The notes under the pieces: generated by a model
The model's database searches: none
The model's input: the letters and a program-made list of their open reading frames with translations, nothing else
What the model was told of the DNA's origin: nothing
Position numbers and translations under genes: made by a program
Source: Eledone cirrhosa
Taxonomy: Eukaryota
Assembly: GCA_964016885.1 (NCBI GenBank)
Contig: OZ024744.1
Location: 133,238,001-133,302,000, forward strand
DNA: 64,000 bases
Direction of reading: 5' to 3'
Shown: positions 14,201-28,400 of the stretch, one piece after another
Numbering within the stretch: the first letter of the stretch is position 1
Layout: the number at the start of each line of letters is the position of its first letter

Positions 14201-14937
14201 AACCCCAACTTAACTTAACCCCAACTTAATTAACCCCAACTTAAATTAACCCCAACTTAACTTAACACCAACTTAACGTAACCCCAACTTAATTTAACCC
14301 CAACTTAAATTAACCCCAACTTAACTTGCCCCCAACTTAACTTACCCCCAACGTAACTTAACCCCAACTTAATTTAACCCCAACTTATTTTAACCCCAAC
14401 TTAACTTAACCCCAAATTAACTCAACCCCAACTTAACTCAACCCCAACTTAACTTAACCCCAACTTAACTTAACCCCAACTTAACTTAACCACAAATTAA
14501 CTTGGCCCCAACTTAAATTAACCCCAACTTAACTCAACCACAACTTAACTTAACCCCGACCTAACTTAACCCCAACTTAACTTAACCCCAACTTAACTTA
14601 ACCCCAACTTCACTCAACCCCAACTTAACTCAACCCCATCTTAACCCCAACTTAACTTAACCCCAACTTAAATTAACCACAAAGTTAACTTAACCCCAAT
14701 TTAAATTAACCCCAACTTAACTTAACCCCAACTTAACATAACCACCACTTAATTAACCCCAACTTAACTCAACCCCAACTTAACTTAACCCTAACTTAAC
14801 TTAACCCCAACTTAACCGCAACTTAACTTAACCCCAACTTAACTTACCCCCAACTTAACTTACCCCCAACTTAACTGAATCCCAACTTAAGTTAAGCCTA
14901 ACTTAACTTAACGCCAACTTAACTTAACCCCGACTTA

Positions 14938-15110
14938 GGGCTTAAGTTAAGTTGGGGCTAAGTTAAGTTGGGGTTAAGTCAAGTTGGAAGTTGTGGTTGA
15001 GTGAAGTTGGGGTTAAGTTAAGTTGGGGTTGAGTGAAGTTGGGGTTAAGTTAAGTTGGGGTTGAGTTACGTTGGGGTTGAGTGAAGTTGGGGTTAAGTTA
15101 AGTTGGGGTT
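14938..15110 (-). repeat. Inverted satellite cassette copy 4 (173 bp)
   Basis: Same junctions. Carries the GAGTTACG variant. Confidence 0.97.
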
Positions 15111-15966
15111 AACCCCAACTTAACTTAACCCCAACTTAACTTAACCCCAACTTAACTTAACCCCAACTTAACTTAACCCCAACATAACTTAACCCCAACT
15201 TAAATTAACCCCAACTTAACTTAAACTCAACTTAACTAACCAACTTAACTTAACCCCAACTTAACTTAACCCCAACTTAACTTAACCCCAACTTAACTTA
15301 ACCCCAACTTAACTTAACCCCAACTTAAATTAACCCCAACTTAACTTAACCCCAACTTAACTTAACCCCGACTTAACTTAACCCCAACTTAACTTAACCC
15401 CAACTTAACTTAGCCCCAACTTAACTTAGCCCCAACTTAACTTAGCCCCAACTTAACTTAACCCCAACTTAACATAACCGCACCTTAACTTAACCTCAAC
15501 TTAACTTAACTGCAACTTAACTTAACCCCAACTTAACTTAACCCCAACTTAACTCAACACCAACTTAACTCAACCCCAACTTAACTCAACCCCAATTTAA
15601 CTCAACCCCAACTTAACTCAACCCCAACTTAACTTAACCCCAACTTAACTGAACCCTAACTTAACTTAACCCCGACTTAAATTAAGCCCAACTTAACTTA
15701 ACCCCAACTTAACTCAGCCCCAACTTAACTTAGCCCTAACTTAACTTAACCCCAACTTAACTTAACCCCAACTTAATTAACCCCAACTTAAATTAACCCC
15801 AACTTAACTTAACACCAACTTAACATAACCCCATCTTAAATAAACCCCAACTTAAATTAACCCCAACTTAACTTAACCCCAACTTAACTTAACCCCAACT
15901 TAACTCAGCCCCAACTTAACTTAGCCCCAACTTAACTTAACCCCAACTTAACTTAACCCCGACTTA

Positions 15967-16139
15967 GGGCTTAAGTTAAGTTGGGGCTAAGTTAAGTTGG
16001 GGTTAAGTCAAGTTGGAAGTTGTGGTTGAGTGAAGTTGGGGTTAAGTTAAGTTGGGGTTGAGTGAAGTTGGGGTTAAGTTAAGTTGGGGTTGAGTTACGT
16101 TGGGGTTGAGTGAAGTTGGGGTTAAGTTAAGTTGGGGTT
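15967..16139 (-). repeat. Inverted satellite cassette copy 5 (173 bp)
   Basis: Same junctions. Reads the same as copy 1. Confidence 0.97.
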
Positions 16140-19100
16140 AACCCCAACTTAACTTAACCCCAACTTAACTTAACCCCAACTTAACTTAACCCCAACATAA
16201 CTTAACCCCAACTTAAATTAACCCCAACTTAACTTAAACTCAACTTAACTAACCAACTTAACTTAACCCCAACTTAACTTAACCCCAACTTAACTTAACC
16301 CCAACTTAACTTAACCCCAACTTAACTTAACCCCAACTTAAATTAACCCCAACTTAACTTAACCCCAACTTAACTTAACCCCGACTTAACTTAACCCCAA
16401 CTTAACTTAACCCCAACTTAACTTAGCCCCAACTTAACTTAGCCCCAACTTAACTTAGCCCCAACTTAACTTAACCCCAACTTAACATAACCGCACCTTA
16501 ACTTAACCTCAACTTAACTTAACTGCAACTTAACTTAACCCCAACTTAACTTAACCCCAACTTAACTCAACACCAACTTAACTCAACCCCAACTTAACTC
16601 AACCCCAATTTAACTCAACCCCAACTTAACTCAAACCCAACTTAACTTAACCCCAACTTAACTGAACCCTAACTTAACTTAACCCCGACTTAAATTAAGC
16701 CCAACTTAACTTAACCCCAACTTAACTCAGCCCCAACTTAACTTAGCCCTAACTTAACTTAACCCCAACTTAACTTAACCCCAACTTAATTAACCCCAAC
16801 TTAAATTAACCCCAACTTAACTTAACACCAACTTAACATAACCCCATCTTAAATAAACCCCAACTTAAATTAACCCCAACTTAACTTAACCCCAACTTAA
16901 CTTAACCCCAACTTAACTCAGCCCCAACTTAACTTAGCCCCAACTTAACTTAACCCCAACTTAACTTAACCCCAACTTAACTTAACCCCAACTTAACTTA
17001 TCCCCAACTTAACTTAACCCCAACTTAACTTAAACCCAACTCAACTTAACCCCAACTTAAACTATCCCCAACTTAACTTATCCCCAACTTAACTTAACCC
17101 CAACTTAACTTAACCCCAACTTAACTTAACCCCAACTTAATTTAACCCCAACTTAACTTAACCTCAACTTAACTTAACCCCAACTTAACTTAACCCCAAC
17201 TTAACTTAACCCCAACTTAAATTAGCCCCAACTTAACTTAACCCCAACTTAAATTAACCCCAACTTAACTTAACCCCAACTTAACTTAACCCCGACTTAA
17301 ATTAACCCCAACTTAACTTAACCCCAACTTAACTTAACCCCAACTTAACTTAACCACAAATTAACTTAACCCCAACTTAACTTAACCCCAACTTAACTTA
17401 ACCCCAACTTAACTTAACCCCAACTTAACTTAACCCCAACTTAACTTAAACCTAACTTAACTTAACCCCAACTTAACCCCAACTTAACTTGACCCCAACT
17501 TAACTTAACCCCAACTTAACTCAACCCCAACTTAACTTAACCCCAACTTCCCTCAGCCCCAACTTAACTCAGCCCCAACTTAACTTAGCCCCAACTTAAC
17601 TTAACACCAACTTAACTTAACCCCAACTTAACTTAACCCCAACTTAACTTAACCCCAACTTAACTCAACCCCAACTTAACTTAACCCCAACTTAACTCAG
17701 CCCCAACTTAACTCAGCCCCAACTTAACTTAGCCCCAACTTAACTTAACACCAACTTAACTTAACCCCAACTTAACTTAACCCCAACTTAACTTAACCCC
17801 AACTTAACTTATCCCCAACTTAACTGAACCCCAACTTAACTTAACCCCAACTTAATATAACCCCAACTTAACTTAACCCCAACTTAACTCAACCCCAACT
17901 TAAATTAACCCCAACTTAACTTAACCCCAACTTAACTTAACCCCAACTTAATTAACCCCAACTTAAATTAACCCCAACTTAACTTAACACCAACTTAACG
18001 TAACCCCAACTTAACTTAACCCCAACTTAACTTAAACCTAACTTAACTTAACCCCAACTTAACCCCAACTTAACTTGACCCCAACTTAACTTAACCCCAA
18101 CTTAACTCAACCCCAACTTAACTTAACCCCAACTTAACTCAGCCCCAACTTAACTCAGCCCCAACTTAACTTAGCCCCAACTTAACTTAACACCAACTTA
18201 ACTTAACCCCAACTTAACTTAACCCCAACTTAACTTAACCCCAACTTAACTTATCCCCAACTTAACTGAACCCCAACTTAACTGAACCCCAACTTAAATT
18301 AACCCCAACTTAACTTAACCCCAACTTAACTTAACCCCAACTTAACTCAACACCAACTTAACTCAACCCCAACTTAACTCAACCCCAATTTAACTCAACC
18401 CCAACTTAACTCAACCCCAACTTAACTTAACCCCAACTTAACTGAACCCTAACTTAACTTAACCCCGACTTAACTTAACCCCGACTTAACTTAACCCCAA
18501 CTTAACTTAACCCCAACTTAACTTAACCCCAACTTAACTTAACCCCATCTTAACCCCAACTTAACTTAACCCCAACTTAACTGAACCCCAACTTAAATTA
18601 ACCCCAACTTAAATAAACCCCAACTTAACTTAACCCCAACTTAACTTAACCCCAACTTAACTTAACCCCAACTTAACTCAGCCCCAACTTAACTTAGCCC
18701 CAACTTAACTTAACCCCAACTTAACTTAACCCCAACTTAACTTAACCCCAACTTAACTTAACCCCAACTTAACTTAACCCCAACTTAACTTAAACCCAAC
18801 TTAACTTAACCCCAACTTAAATTATCCCCAACTTAACTTATCCCCAACTTAACTTAACCCCAACTTAACTTAACCCCAACTTAACTTAACCCCAACTTAA
18901 TTTAACCCCAACTTAACTTAACCTCAACTTAACTTAACCCCAACTTAACTTAACCCCATCTTAACTTAACCCCAACTTAACTTAACCCCAACTTAACTTA
19001 ACCCCAACTTAAATTAACCCCAACTTAACTTAACCCCAACTTAACTTAACCCCGACTTAACTTAACCCCAACTTAACTTAACCCCAACTTAACTTAACCC

Positions 19101-20147
19101 CAACTTAACCCCAACTTAACTTGACCCCAACTTAACTTAACCCCAACTTAACTCAACCCCAACTTAACTTAACCCCAACTTAACTCAGCCCCAACTTAAC
19201 TCAGCCCCAACTTAACTTAGCCCCAACTTAACTTAACACCAACTTAACTTAACCCCACCTTAACTTAACCCCAACTTAACTTAACCCCAACTTAACGTAT
19301 CCCCAACTTAACTGAACCCCAACTTAACTTAACCCCAACTTAATATAACCCCAACTTAACTTAACCCCAACTTAACTCAACCCCAACTTAAATTAACCCC
19401 AACTTAACTTAACCCCAACTTAACTTAACCCCAACTTAATTAACCCCAACTTAAATTAACCCCAACTTAACTTAACACCAACTTAACGTAACCCCAACTT
19501 AATTTAACCCCAACTTAAATTAACCCCAACTTAACTTGCCCCCAACTTAACTTACCCCCAACGTAACTTAACCCCAACTTAATTTAACCCCAACTTAATT
19601 TAACCCCAACTTAACTTAACCCCAAATTAACTCAACCCCAACTTAACTCAACCCCAACTTAACTTAACCCCAACTTAACTTAACCCCAACTTAACTTAAC
19701 CACAAATTAACTTAGCCCCAACTTAAATTAACCCCAACTTAACTCAACCACAACTTAACTTAACCCCGACCTAACTTAACCCCAACTTAACTTAACCCCA
19801 ACTTAACTTAACCCCAACTTCACTCAACCCCAACTTAACTCAACCCCAACTTAACCCCAACTTAACTTAACCCCAACTTAAATTAACCACAAAGTTAACT
19901 TAACCCCAATTTAAATTAACCCCAACTTAACTTAACCCCAACTTAACATAACCACCACTTAATTAACCCCAACTTAACTCAACCCCAACTTAACTTAACC
20001 CTAACTTAACTTAACCCCAACTTAACCGCAACTTAACTTAACCCCAACTTAACTTACCCCCAACTTAACTTACCCCCAACTTAACTGAACCCCAACTTAA
20101 GTTAAGCCTAACTTAACTTAACGCCAACTTAACTTAACCCCGACTTA

Positions 20148-20320
20148 GGGCTTAAGTTAAGTTGGGGCTAAGTTAAGTTGGGGTTAAGTCAAGTTGGAAG
20201 TTGTGGTTGAGTGAAGTTGGGGTTAAGTTAAGTTGGGGTTGAGTGAAGTTGGGGTTAAGTTAAGTTGGGGTTGAGTTAAGTTGGGGTTGAGTGAAGTTGG
20301 GGTTAAGTTAAGTTGGGGTT
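20148..20320 (-). repeat. Inverted satellite cassette copy 6 (173 bp)
   Basis: Same junctions. Reads the same as copy 2. Confidence 0.97.
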
Positions 20321-21176
20321 AACCCCAACTTAACTTAACCCCAACTTAACTTAACCCCAACTTAACTTAACCCCAACTTAACTTAACCCCAACATAACTT
20401 AACCCCAACTTAAATTAACCCCAACTTAACTTAAACTCAACTTAACTAACCAACTTAACTTAACCCCAACTTAACTTAACCCCAACTTAACTTAACCCCA
20501 ACTTAACTTAACCCCAACTTAACTTAACCCCAACTTAAATTAACCCCAACTTAACTTAACCCCAACTTAACTTAACCCCGACTTAACTTAACCCCAACTT
20601 AACTTAACCCCAACTTAACTTAGCCCCAACTTAACTTAGCCCCAACTTAACTTAGCCCCAACTTAACTTAACCCCAACTTAACATAACCGCACCTTAACT
20701 TAACCTCAACTTAACATAACTGCAACTTAACTTAACCCCAACTTAACTTAACCCCAACTTAACTCAACACCAACTTAACTCAACCCCAACTTAACTCAAC
20801 CCCAATTTAACTCAACCCCAAGTTAACTCAACCCCAACTTAACTTAACCCCAACTTAACTGAACCCTAACTTAACTTAACCCCGACTTAAATTAAGCCCA
20901 ACTTAACTTAACCCCAACTTAACTCAGCCCCAACTTAACTTAGCCCTAACTTAACTTAACCCCAACTTAACTTAACCCCAACTTAATTAACCCCAACTTA
21001 AATTAACCCCAACTTAACTTAACACCAACTTAACATAACCCCATCTTAAATAAACCCCAACTTAAATTAACCCCAACTTAACTTAACCCCAACTTAACTT
21101 AACCCCAACTTAACTCAGCCCCAACTTAACTTAGCCCCAACTTAACTTAACCCCAACTTAACTTAACCCCGACTTA

Positions 21177-21349
21177 GGGCTTAAGTTAAGTTGGGGCTAA
21201 GTTAAGTTGGGGTTAAGTCAAGTTGGAAGTTGTGGTTGAGTGAAGTTGGTGTTAAGTTAAGTTGGGGTTGAGTGAAGTTGGGGTTAAGTTAAGTTGGGGT
21301 TGAGTTACGTTGGGGTTGAGTGAAGTTGGGGTTAAGTTAAGTTGGGGTT
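21177..21349 (-). repeat. Inverted satellite cassette copy 7 (173 bp)
   Basis: Same junctions. Shares the GGTGTT variant with copy 3. Confidence 0.97.
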
Positions 21350-24300
21350 AACCCCAACTTAACTTAACCCCAACTTAACTTAACCCCAACTTAACTTAAC
21401 CCCAACTTAACTTAACCCCAACATAACTTAACCCCAACTTAAATTAACCCCAACTTAACTTAAACTCAACTTAACTAACCAACTTAACTTAACCCCAACT
21501 TAACTTAACCCCAACTTAACTTAACCCCAACTTAACTTAACCCCAACTTAACTTAACCCCAACTTAAATTAACCCCAACTTAACTTAACCCCAACTTAAC
21601 TTAACCCCGACTTAACTTAACCCCAACTTAACTTAACCCCAACTTAACTTAGCCCCAACTTAACTTAGCCCCAACTTAACTTAGCCCCAACTTAACTTAA
21701 CCCCAACTTAACATAACCGCACCTTAACTTAACCTCAACTTAACTTAACTGCAACTTAACTTAACCCCAACTTAACTTAACCCCAACTTAACTCAACACC
21801 AACTTAACTCAACCCCAACTTAACTCAACCCCAATTTAACTCAACCCCAACTTAACTCAACCCCAACTTAACTTAACCCCAACTTAACTGAACCCTAACT
21901 TAACTTAACCCCGACTTAAATTAAGCCCAACTTAACTTAACCCCAACTTAACTCAGCCCCAACTTAACTTAGCCCTAACTTAACTTAACCCCAACTTAAC
22001 TTAACCCCAACTTAATTAACCCCAACTTAAATTAACCCCAACTTAACTTAACACCAACTTAACATAACCCCATCTTAAATAAACCCCAACTTAAATTAAC
22101 CCCAACTTAACTTAACCCCAACTTAACTTAACCCCAACTTAACTCAGCCCCAACTTAACTTAGCCCCAACTTAACTTAACCCCAACTTAACTTAACCCCA
22201 ACTTAACTTAACCCCAACTTAACTTATCCCCAACTTAACTTAACCCCAACTTAACTTAAACCCAACTTAACTTAACCCCAACTTAAACTATCCCCAACTT
22301 AACTTATCCCCAACTTAACTTAACCCCAACTTAACTTAACCCCAACTTAACTTAACCCCAACTTAATTTAACCCCAACTTAACTTAACCTCAACTTAACT
22401 TAACCCCAACTTAACTTAACCCCAACTTAACTTAACCCCAACTTAAATTAGCCCCAACTTAACTTAACCCCAACTTAAATTAACCCCAACTTAACTTAAC
22501 CCCAACTTAACTTAACCCCGACTTAAATTAACCCCAACTTAACTTAACCCCAACTTAACTTAACCCCAACTTAACTTAACCACAAATTAACTTAACCCCA
22601 ACTTAACTTAACCCCAACTTAACTTAACCCCAACTTAACTTAACCCCAACTTAACTTAACCCCAACTTAACTTAAACCTAACTTAACTTAACCCCAACTT
22701 AACCCCAACTTAACTTGACCCCAACTTAACTTAACCCCAACTTAACTCAACCCCAACTTAACTTAACCCCAACTTCACTCAGCCCCAACTTAACTCAGCC
22801 CCAACTTAACTTAGCCCCAACTTAACTTAACACCAACTTAACTTAACCCCAACTTAACTTAACCCCAACTTAACTTAACCCCAACTTAACTCAACCCCAA
22901 CTTAACTTAACCCCAACTTAACTCAGCCCCAACTTAACTCAGCCCCAACTTAACTTAGCCCCAACTTAACTTAACACCAACTTAACTTAACCCCAACTTA
23001 ACTTAACCCCAACTTAACTTAACCCCAACTTAACTTATCCCCAACTTAACTGAACCCCAACTTAACTTAACCCCAACTTAATATAACCCCAACTTAACTT
23101 AACCCCAACTTAACTCAACCCCAACTTAAATTAACCCCAACTTAACTTAACCCCAACTTAACTTAACCCCAACTTAATTAACCCCAACTTAAATTAACCC
23201 CAACTTAACTTAACACCAACTTAACGTAACCCCAACTTAACTTAACCCCAACTTAACTTAAACCTGACTTAACTTAACCCCAACTTAACCCCAACTTAAC
23301 TTGACCCCAACTTAACTTAACCCCAACTTAACTCAACCCCAACTTAACTTAACCCCAACTTAACTCAGCCCCAACTTAACTCAGCCCCAACTTAACTTAG
23401 CCCCAACTTAACTTAACACCAACTTAACTTAACCCCAACTTAACTTAACCCCAACTTAACTTAACCCCAACTTAACTTATCCCCAACTTAACTGAACCCC
23501 AACTTAACTGAACCCCAACTTAAATTAACCCCAACTTAACTTAACCCCAACTTAACTTAACCCCAACTTAACTCAACACCAACTTAACTCAACCCCAACT
23601 TAACTCAACCCCAATTTAACTCAACCCCAACTTAACTCAACCCCAACTTAACTTAACCCCAACTTAACTGAACCCTAACTTAACTTAACCCCGACTTAAC
23701 TTAACCCCGACTTAACTTAACCCCAACTTAACTTAACCCCAACTTAACTTAACCCCAACTTAACTTAACCCCATCTTAACCCCAACTTAACTTAACCCCA
23801 ACTTAACTGAACCCCAACTTAAATTAACCCCAACTTAAATAAACCCCAACTTAACTTAACCCCAACTTAACTTAACCCCAACTTAACTTAACCCCAACTT
23901 AACTCAGCCCCAACTTAACTTAGCCCCAACTTAACTTAACCCCAACTTAACTTAACCCCAACTTAACTTAACCCCAACTTAACTTAACCCCAACTTAACT
24001 TAACCCCAACTTAACTTAAACCCAACTTAACTTAACCCCAACTTAAATTATCCCCAACTTAACTTATCCCCAACTTAACTTAACCCCAACTTAACTTAAC
24101 CCCAACTTAACTTAACCCCAACTTAACTTAACCCCAACTTAACTTAACCCCGACTTAACTTAACCCCAACTTAACTTAACCCCAACTTAACTTAACCCCA
24201 ACTTAACCCCAACTTAACTTGACCCCAACTTAACTTAACCCCAACTTAACTCAACCCCAACTTAACTTAACCCCAACTTAACTCAGCCCCAACTTAACTC

Positions 24301-25245
24301 AGCCCCAACTTAACTTAGCCCCAACTTAACTTAACACCAACTTAACTTAACCCCACCTTAACTTAACCCCAACTTAACTTAACCCCAACTTAACTTATCC
24401 CCAACTTAACTGAACCCCAACTTAACTTAACCCCAACTTAATATAACCCCAACTTAACTTAACCCCAACTTAACTCAACCCCAACTTAAATTAACCCCAA
24501 CTTAACTTAACCCCAACTTAACTTAACCCCAACTTAATTAACCCCAACTTAAATTAACCCCAACTTAACTTAACACCAACTTAACGTAACCCCAACTTAA
24601 TTTAACCCCAACTTAAATTAACCCCAACTTAACTTGCCCCCAACTTAACTTACCCCCAACGTAACTTAACCCCAACTTAATTTAACCCCAACTTAATTTA
24701 ACCCCAACTTAACTTAACCCCAAATTAACTCAACCCCAACTTAACTCAACCCCAACTTAACTTAACCCCAACTTAACTTAACCCCAACTTAACTTAACCA
24801 CAAATTAACTTAGCCCCAACTTAAATTAACCCCAACTTAACTCAACCACAACTTAACTTAACCCCGACCTAACTTAACCCCAACTTAACTTAACCCCAAC
24901 TTAACTTAACCCCAACTTCACTCAACCCCAACTTAACTCAACCCCAACTTAACCCCAACTTAACTTAACCCCAACTTAAATTAACCACAAAGTTAACTTA
25001 ACCCCAATTTAAATTAACCCCAACTTAACTTAACCCCAACTTAACATAACCACCACTTAATTAACCCCAACTTAACTCAACCCCAACTTAACTTAACCCT
25101 AACTTAACTTAACCCCAACTTAACCGCAACTTAACTTAACCCCAACTTAACTTACCCCCAACTTAACTTACCCCCAACTTAACTGAACCCCAACTTAAGT
25201 TAAGCCTAACTTAACTTAACGCCAACTTAACTTTACCCCGACTTA

Positions 25246-25418
25246 GGGCTTAAGTTAAGTTGGGGCTAAGTTAAGTTGGGGTTAAGTCAAGTTGGAAGTT
25301 GTGGTTGAGTGAAGTTGGGGTTAAGTTAAGTTGGGGTTGAGTGAAGTTGGGGTTAAGTTAAGTTGGGGTTGAGTTAAGTTGGGGTTGAGTGAAGTTGGGG
25401 TTAAGTTAAGTTGGGGTT
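25246..25418 (-). repeat. Inverted satellite cassette copy 8 (173 bp)
   Basis: Same junctions. Carries the GAGTTAAG variant. The upstream flank has a private CTTTACCCCG variant. Confidence 0.97.
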
Positions 25419-28400
25419 AACCCCAACTTAACTTAACCCCAACTTAACTTAACCCCAACTTAACTTAACCCCAACTTAACTTAACCCCAACATAACTTAA
25501 CCCCAACTTAAATTAACCCCAACTTAACTTAAACTCAACTTAACTAACCAACTTAACTTAACCCCAACTTAACTTAACCCCAACTTAACTTAACCCCAAC
25601 TTAACTTAACCCCAACTTAACTTAACCCCAACTTAAATTAACCCCAACTTAACTTAACCCCAACTTAACTTAACCCCGACTTAACTTAACCCCAACTTAA
25701 CTTAACCCCAACTTAACTTAGCCCCAACTTAACTTAGCCCCAACTTAACTTAGCCCCAACTTAACTTAACCCCAACTTAACATAACCGCACCTTAACTTA
25801 ACCTCAACTTAACATAACTGCAACTTAACTTAACCCCAACTTAACTTAACCCCAATTTAACTCAACACCAACTTAACTCAACCCCAACTTAACTCAACCC
25901 CAATTTAACTCAACCCCAAGTTAACTCAACCCCAACTTAACTTAACCCCAACTTAACTGAACCCTAACTTAACTTAACCCCGACTTAAATTAAGCCCAAC
26001 TTAACTTAACCCCAACTTAACTCAGCCCCAACTTAACTTAGCCCTAACTTAACTTAACCCCAACTTAACTTAACCCCAACTTAATTAACCCCAACTTAAA
26101 TTAACCCCAACTTAACTTAATACCAACTTAACGTAACCCCATCTTAAATAAACCCCAACTTAAATTAACCCCAACTTAACTTAACCCCAACTTAACTTAA
26201 CCCCAACTTAACTCAGCCCCAACTTAACTTAGCCCCAACTTAACTTAACCCCAACTTAACTTAACCCCAACTTAACTTAACCCCAACTTAACTTATCCCC
26301 AACTTAACTTAACCCCAACTTAACTTAAACCCAACTTAACTTAACCCCAACTTAAACTATCCCCAACTTAACTTATCCCCAACTTAACTTAACCCCAACT
26401 TAACTTAACCCCAACTTAACTTAACCCCAACTTAATTTAACCCCAACTTAACTTAACCTCAACTTAACTTAACCCCAACTTAACTTAACCCCAACTTAAC
26501 TTAACCCCAACTTAAATTAGCCCCAACTTAACTTAACCCCAACTTAAATTAACCCCAACTTAACTTAACCCCAACTTAACTTAACCCCGACTTAAATTAA
26601 CCCCAACTTAACTTAACCCCAACTTAACTTAACCCCAACTTAACTTAACCACAAATTAACTTAACCCCAACTTAACTTAACCCCAACTTAACTTAACCCC
26701 AACTTAACTTAACCCCAACTTAACTTAACCCCAACTTAACTTAAACCTAACTTAACTTAACCCCAACTTAACCCCAACTTAACTTGACCCCAACTTAACT
26801 TAACCCCAACTTAACTCAACCCCAACTTAACTTAACCCCAACTTCACTCAGCCCCAACTTAACTCAGCCCCAACTTAACTTAGCCCCAACTTAACTTAAC
26901 ACCAACTTAACTTAACCCCAACTTAACTTAACCCCAACTTAACTTAACCCCAACTTAACTCAACCCCAACTTAACTTAACCCCAACTTAACTCAGCCCCA
27001 ACTTAACTCAGCCCCAACTTAACTTAACCCCAACTTAACTCAACCCCAACTTAAATTAACCCCAACTTAACTTAACCCCAACTTAACTTAACCCCAACTT
27101 AATTAACCCCAACTTAAATTAACCCCAACTTAACTTAACACCAACTTAACGTAACCCCAACTTAACTTAACCCCAACTTAACTTAAACCTAACTTAACTT
27201 AACCCCAACTTAACCCCAACTTAACTTGACCCCAACTTAACTTAACCCCAACTTAACTCAACCCCAACTTAACTTAACCCCAACTTAACTCAGCCCCAAC
27301 TTAACTCAGCCCCAACTTAACTTAGCCCCAACTTAACTTAACACCAACTTAACTTAACCCCAACTTAACTTAACCCCAACTTAACTTAACCCCAACTTAA
27401 CTTATCCCCAACTTAACTGAACCCCAACTTAACTGAACCCCAACTTAAATTAACCCCAACTTAACTTAACCCCAACTTAACTTAACCCCAACTTAACTCA
27501 ACACCAACTTAACTCAACCCCAACTTAACTCAACCCCAATTTAACTCAACCCCAACTTAACTCAACCCCAACTTAACTTAACCCCAACTTAACTGAACCC
27601 TAACTTAACTTAACCCCGACTTAACTTAACCCCGACTTAACTTAACCCCAACTTAACTTAACCCCAACTTAACTTAACCCCAACTTAACTTAACCCCAAC
27701 TTAATTTAACCCCATCTTAACCCCAACTTAACTTAACCCCAACTTAACTGAACCCCAACTTAAATTAACCCCAACTTAAATAAACCCCAACTTAACTGAA
27801 CCCCAACTTAACTGAACCCCAACTTAAATTAACCCCAACTTAACTTAGCCCCAACTTAACTTAACCCCAACTTAACTTAACCCCAACTTAACTCAACCCC
27901 AACTTAACTTAACCCCAACTTAACTCAGCCCCAACTTAACTCAGCCCCAACTTAACTTAGCCCCAACTTAACTTAACACCAACTTAACTTAACCCCAACT
28001 TAACTTAACCCCAACTTAACTTAACCCCAACTTAACTTATCCCCAACTTAACTGAACCCCAACTTAACTTAACCCCAACTTAATATAACCCCAACTTAAC
28101 TTAACCCCAACTTAACTCAACCCCAACTTAAATTAACCCCAACTTAACTTAACCCCAACTTAACTTAACCCCAACTTAATTAACCCCAACTTAAATTAAC
28201 CCCAACTTAACTTAACACCAACTTAACGTAACCCCAACTTAACTTAACCCCAACTTAACTTAAACCTAACTTAACTTAACCCCAACTTAACCCCAACTTA
28301 ACTTGACCCCAACTTAAATTAACCCCAACTTAACTCAACCCCAACTTAACTTAACCCCAACTTAACTCAGCCCCAACTTAACTCAGCCCCAACTTAACTC

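Larger units (their letters stand above)
2690..22560 (+). repeat. About 10-kb tandem duplication (about 2690-12500 / about 12500-22560)
   Basis: Rare markers are paired: CTTGGCCCC at 4671/14501, CTTATTTT at about 4553/14384, CTTCCCTCAG at about 7495/17547, and AACGTATCCC at about 9226/19294. Cassettes 1/5, 2/6 and 3/7 sit at offsets of 10052-10068. Confidence 0.88.
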
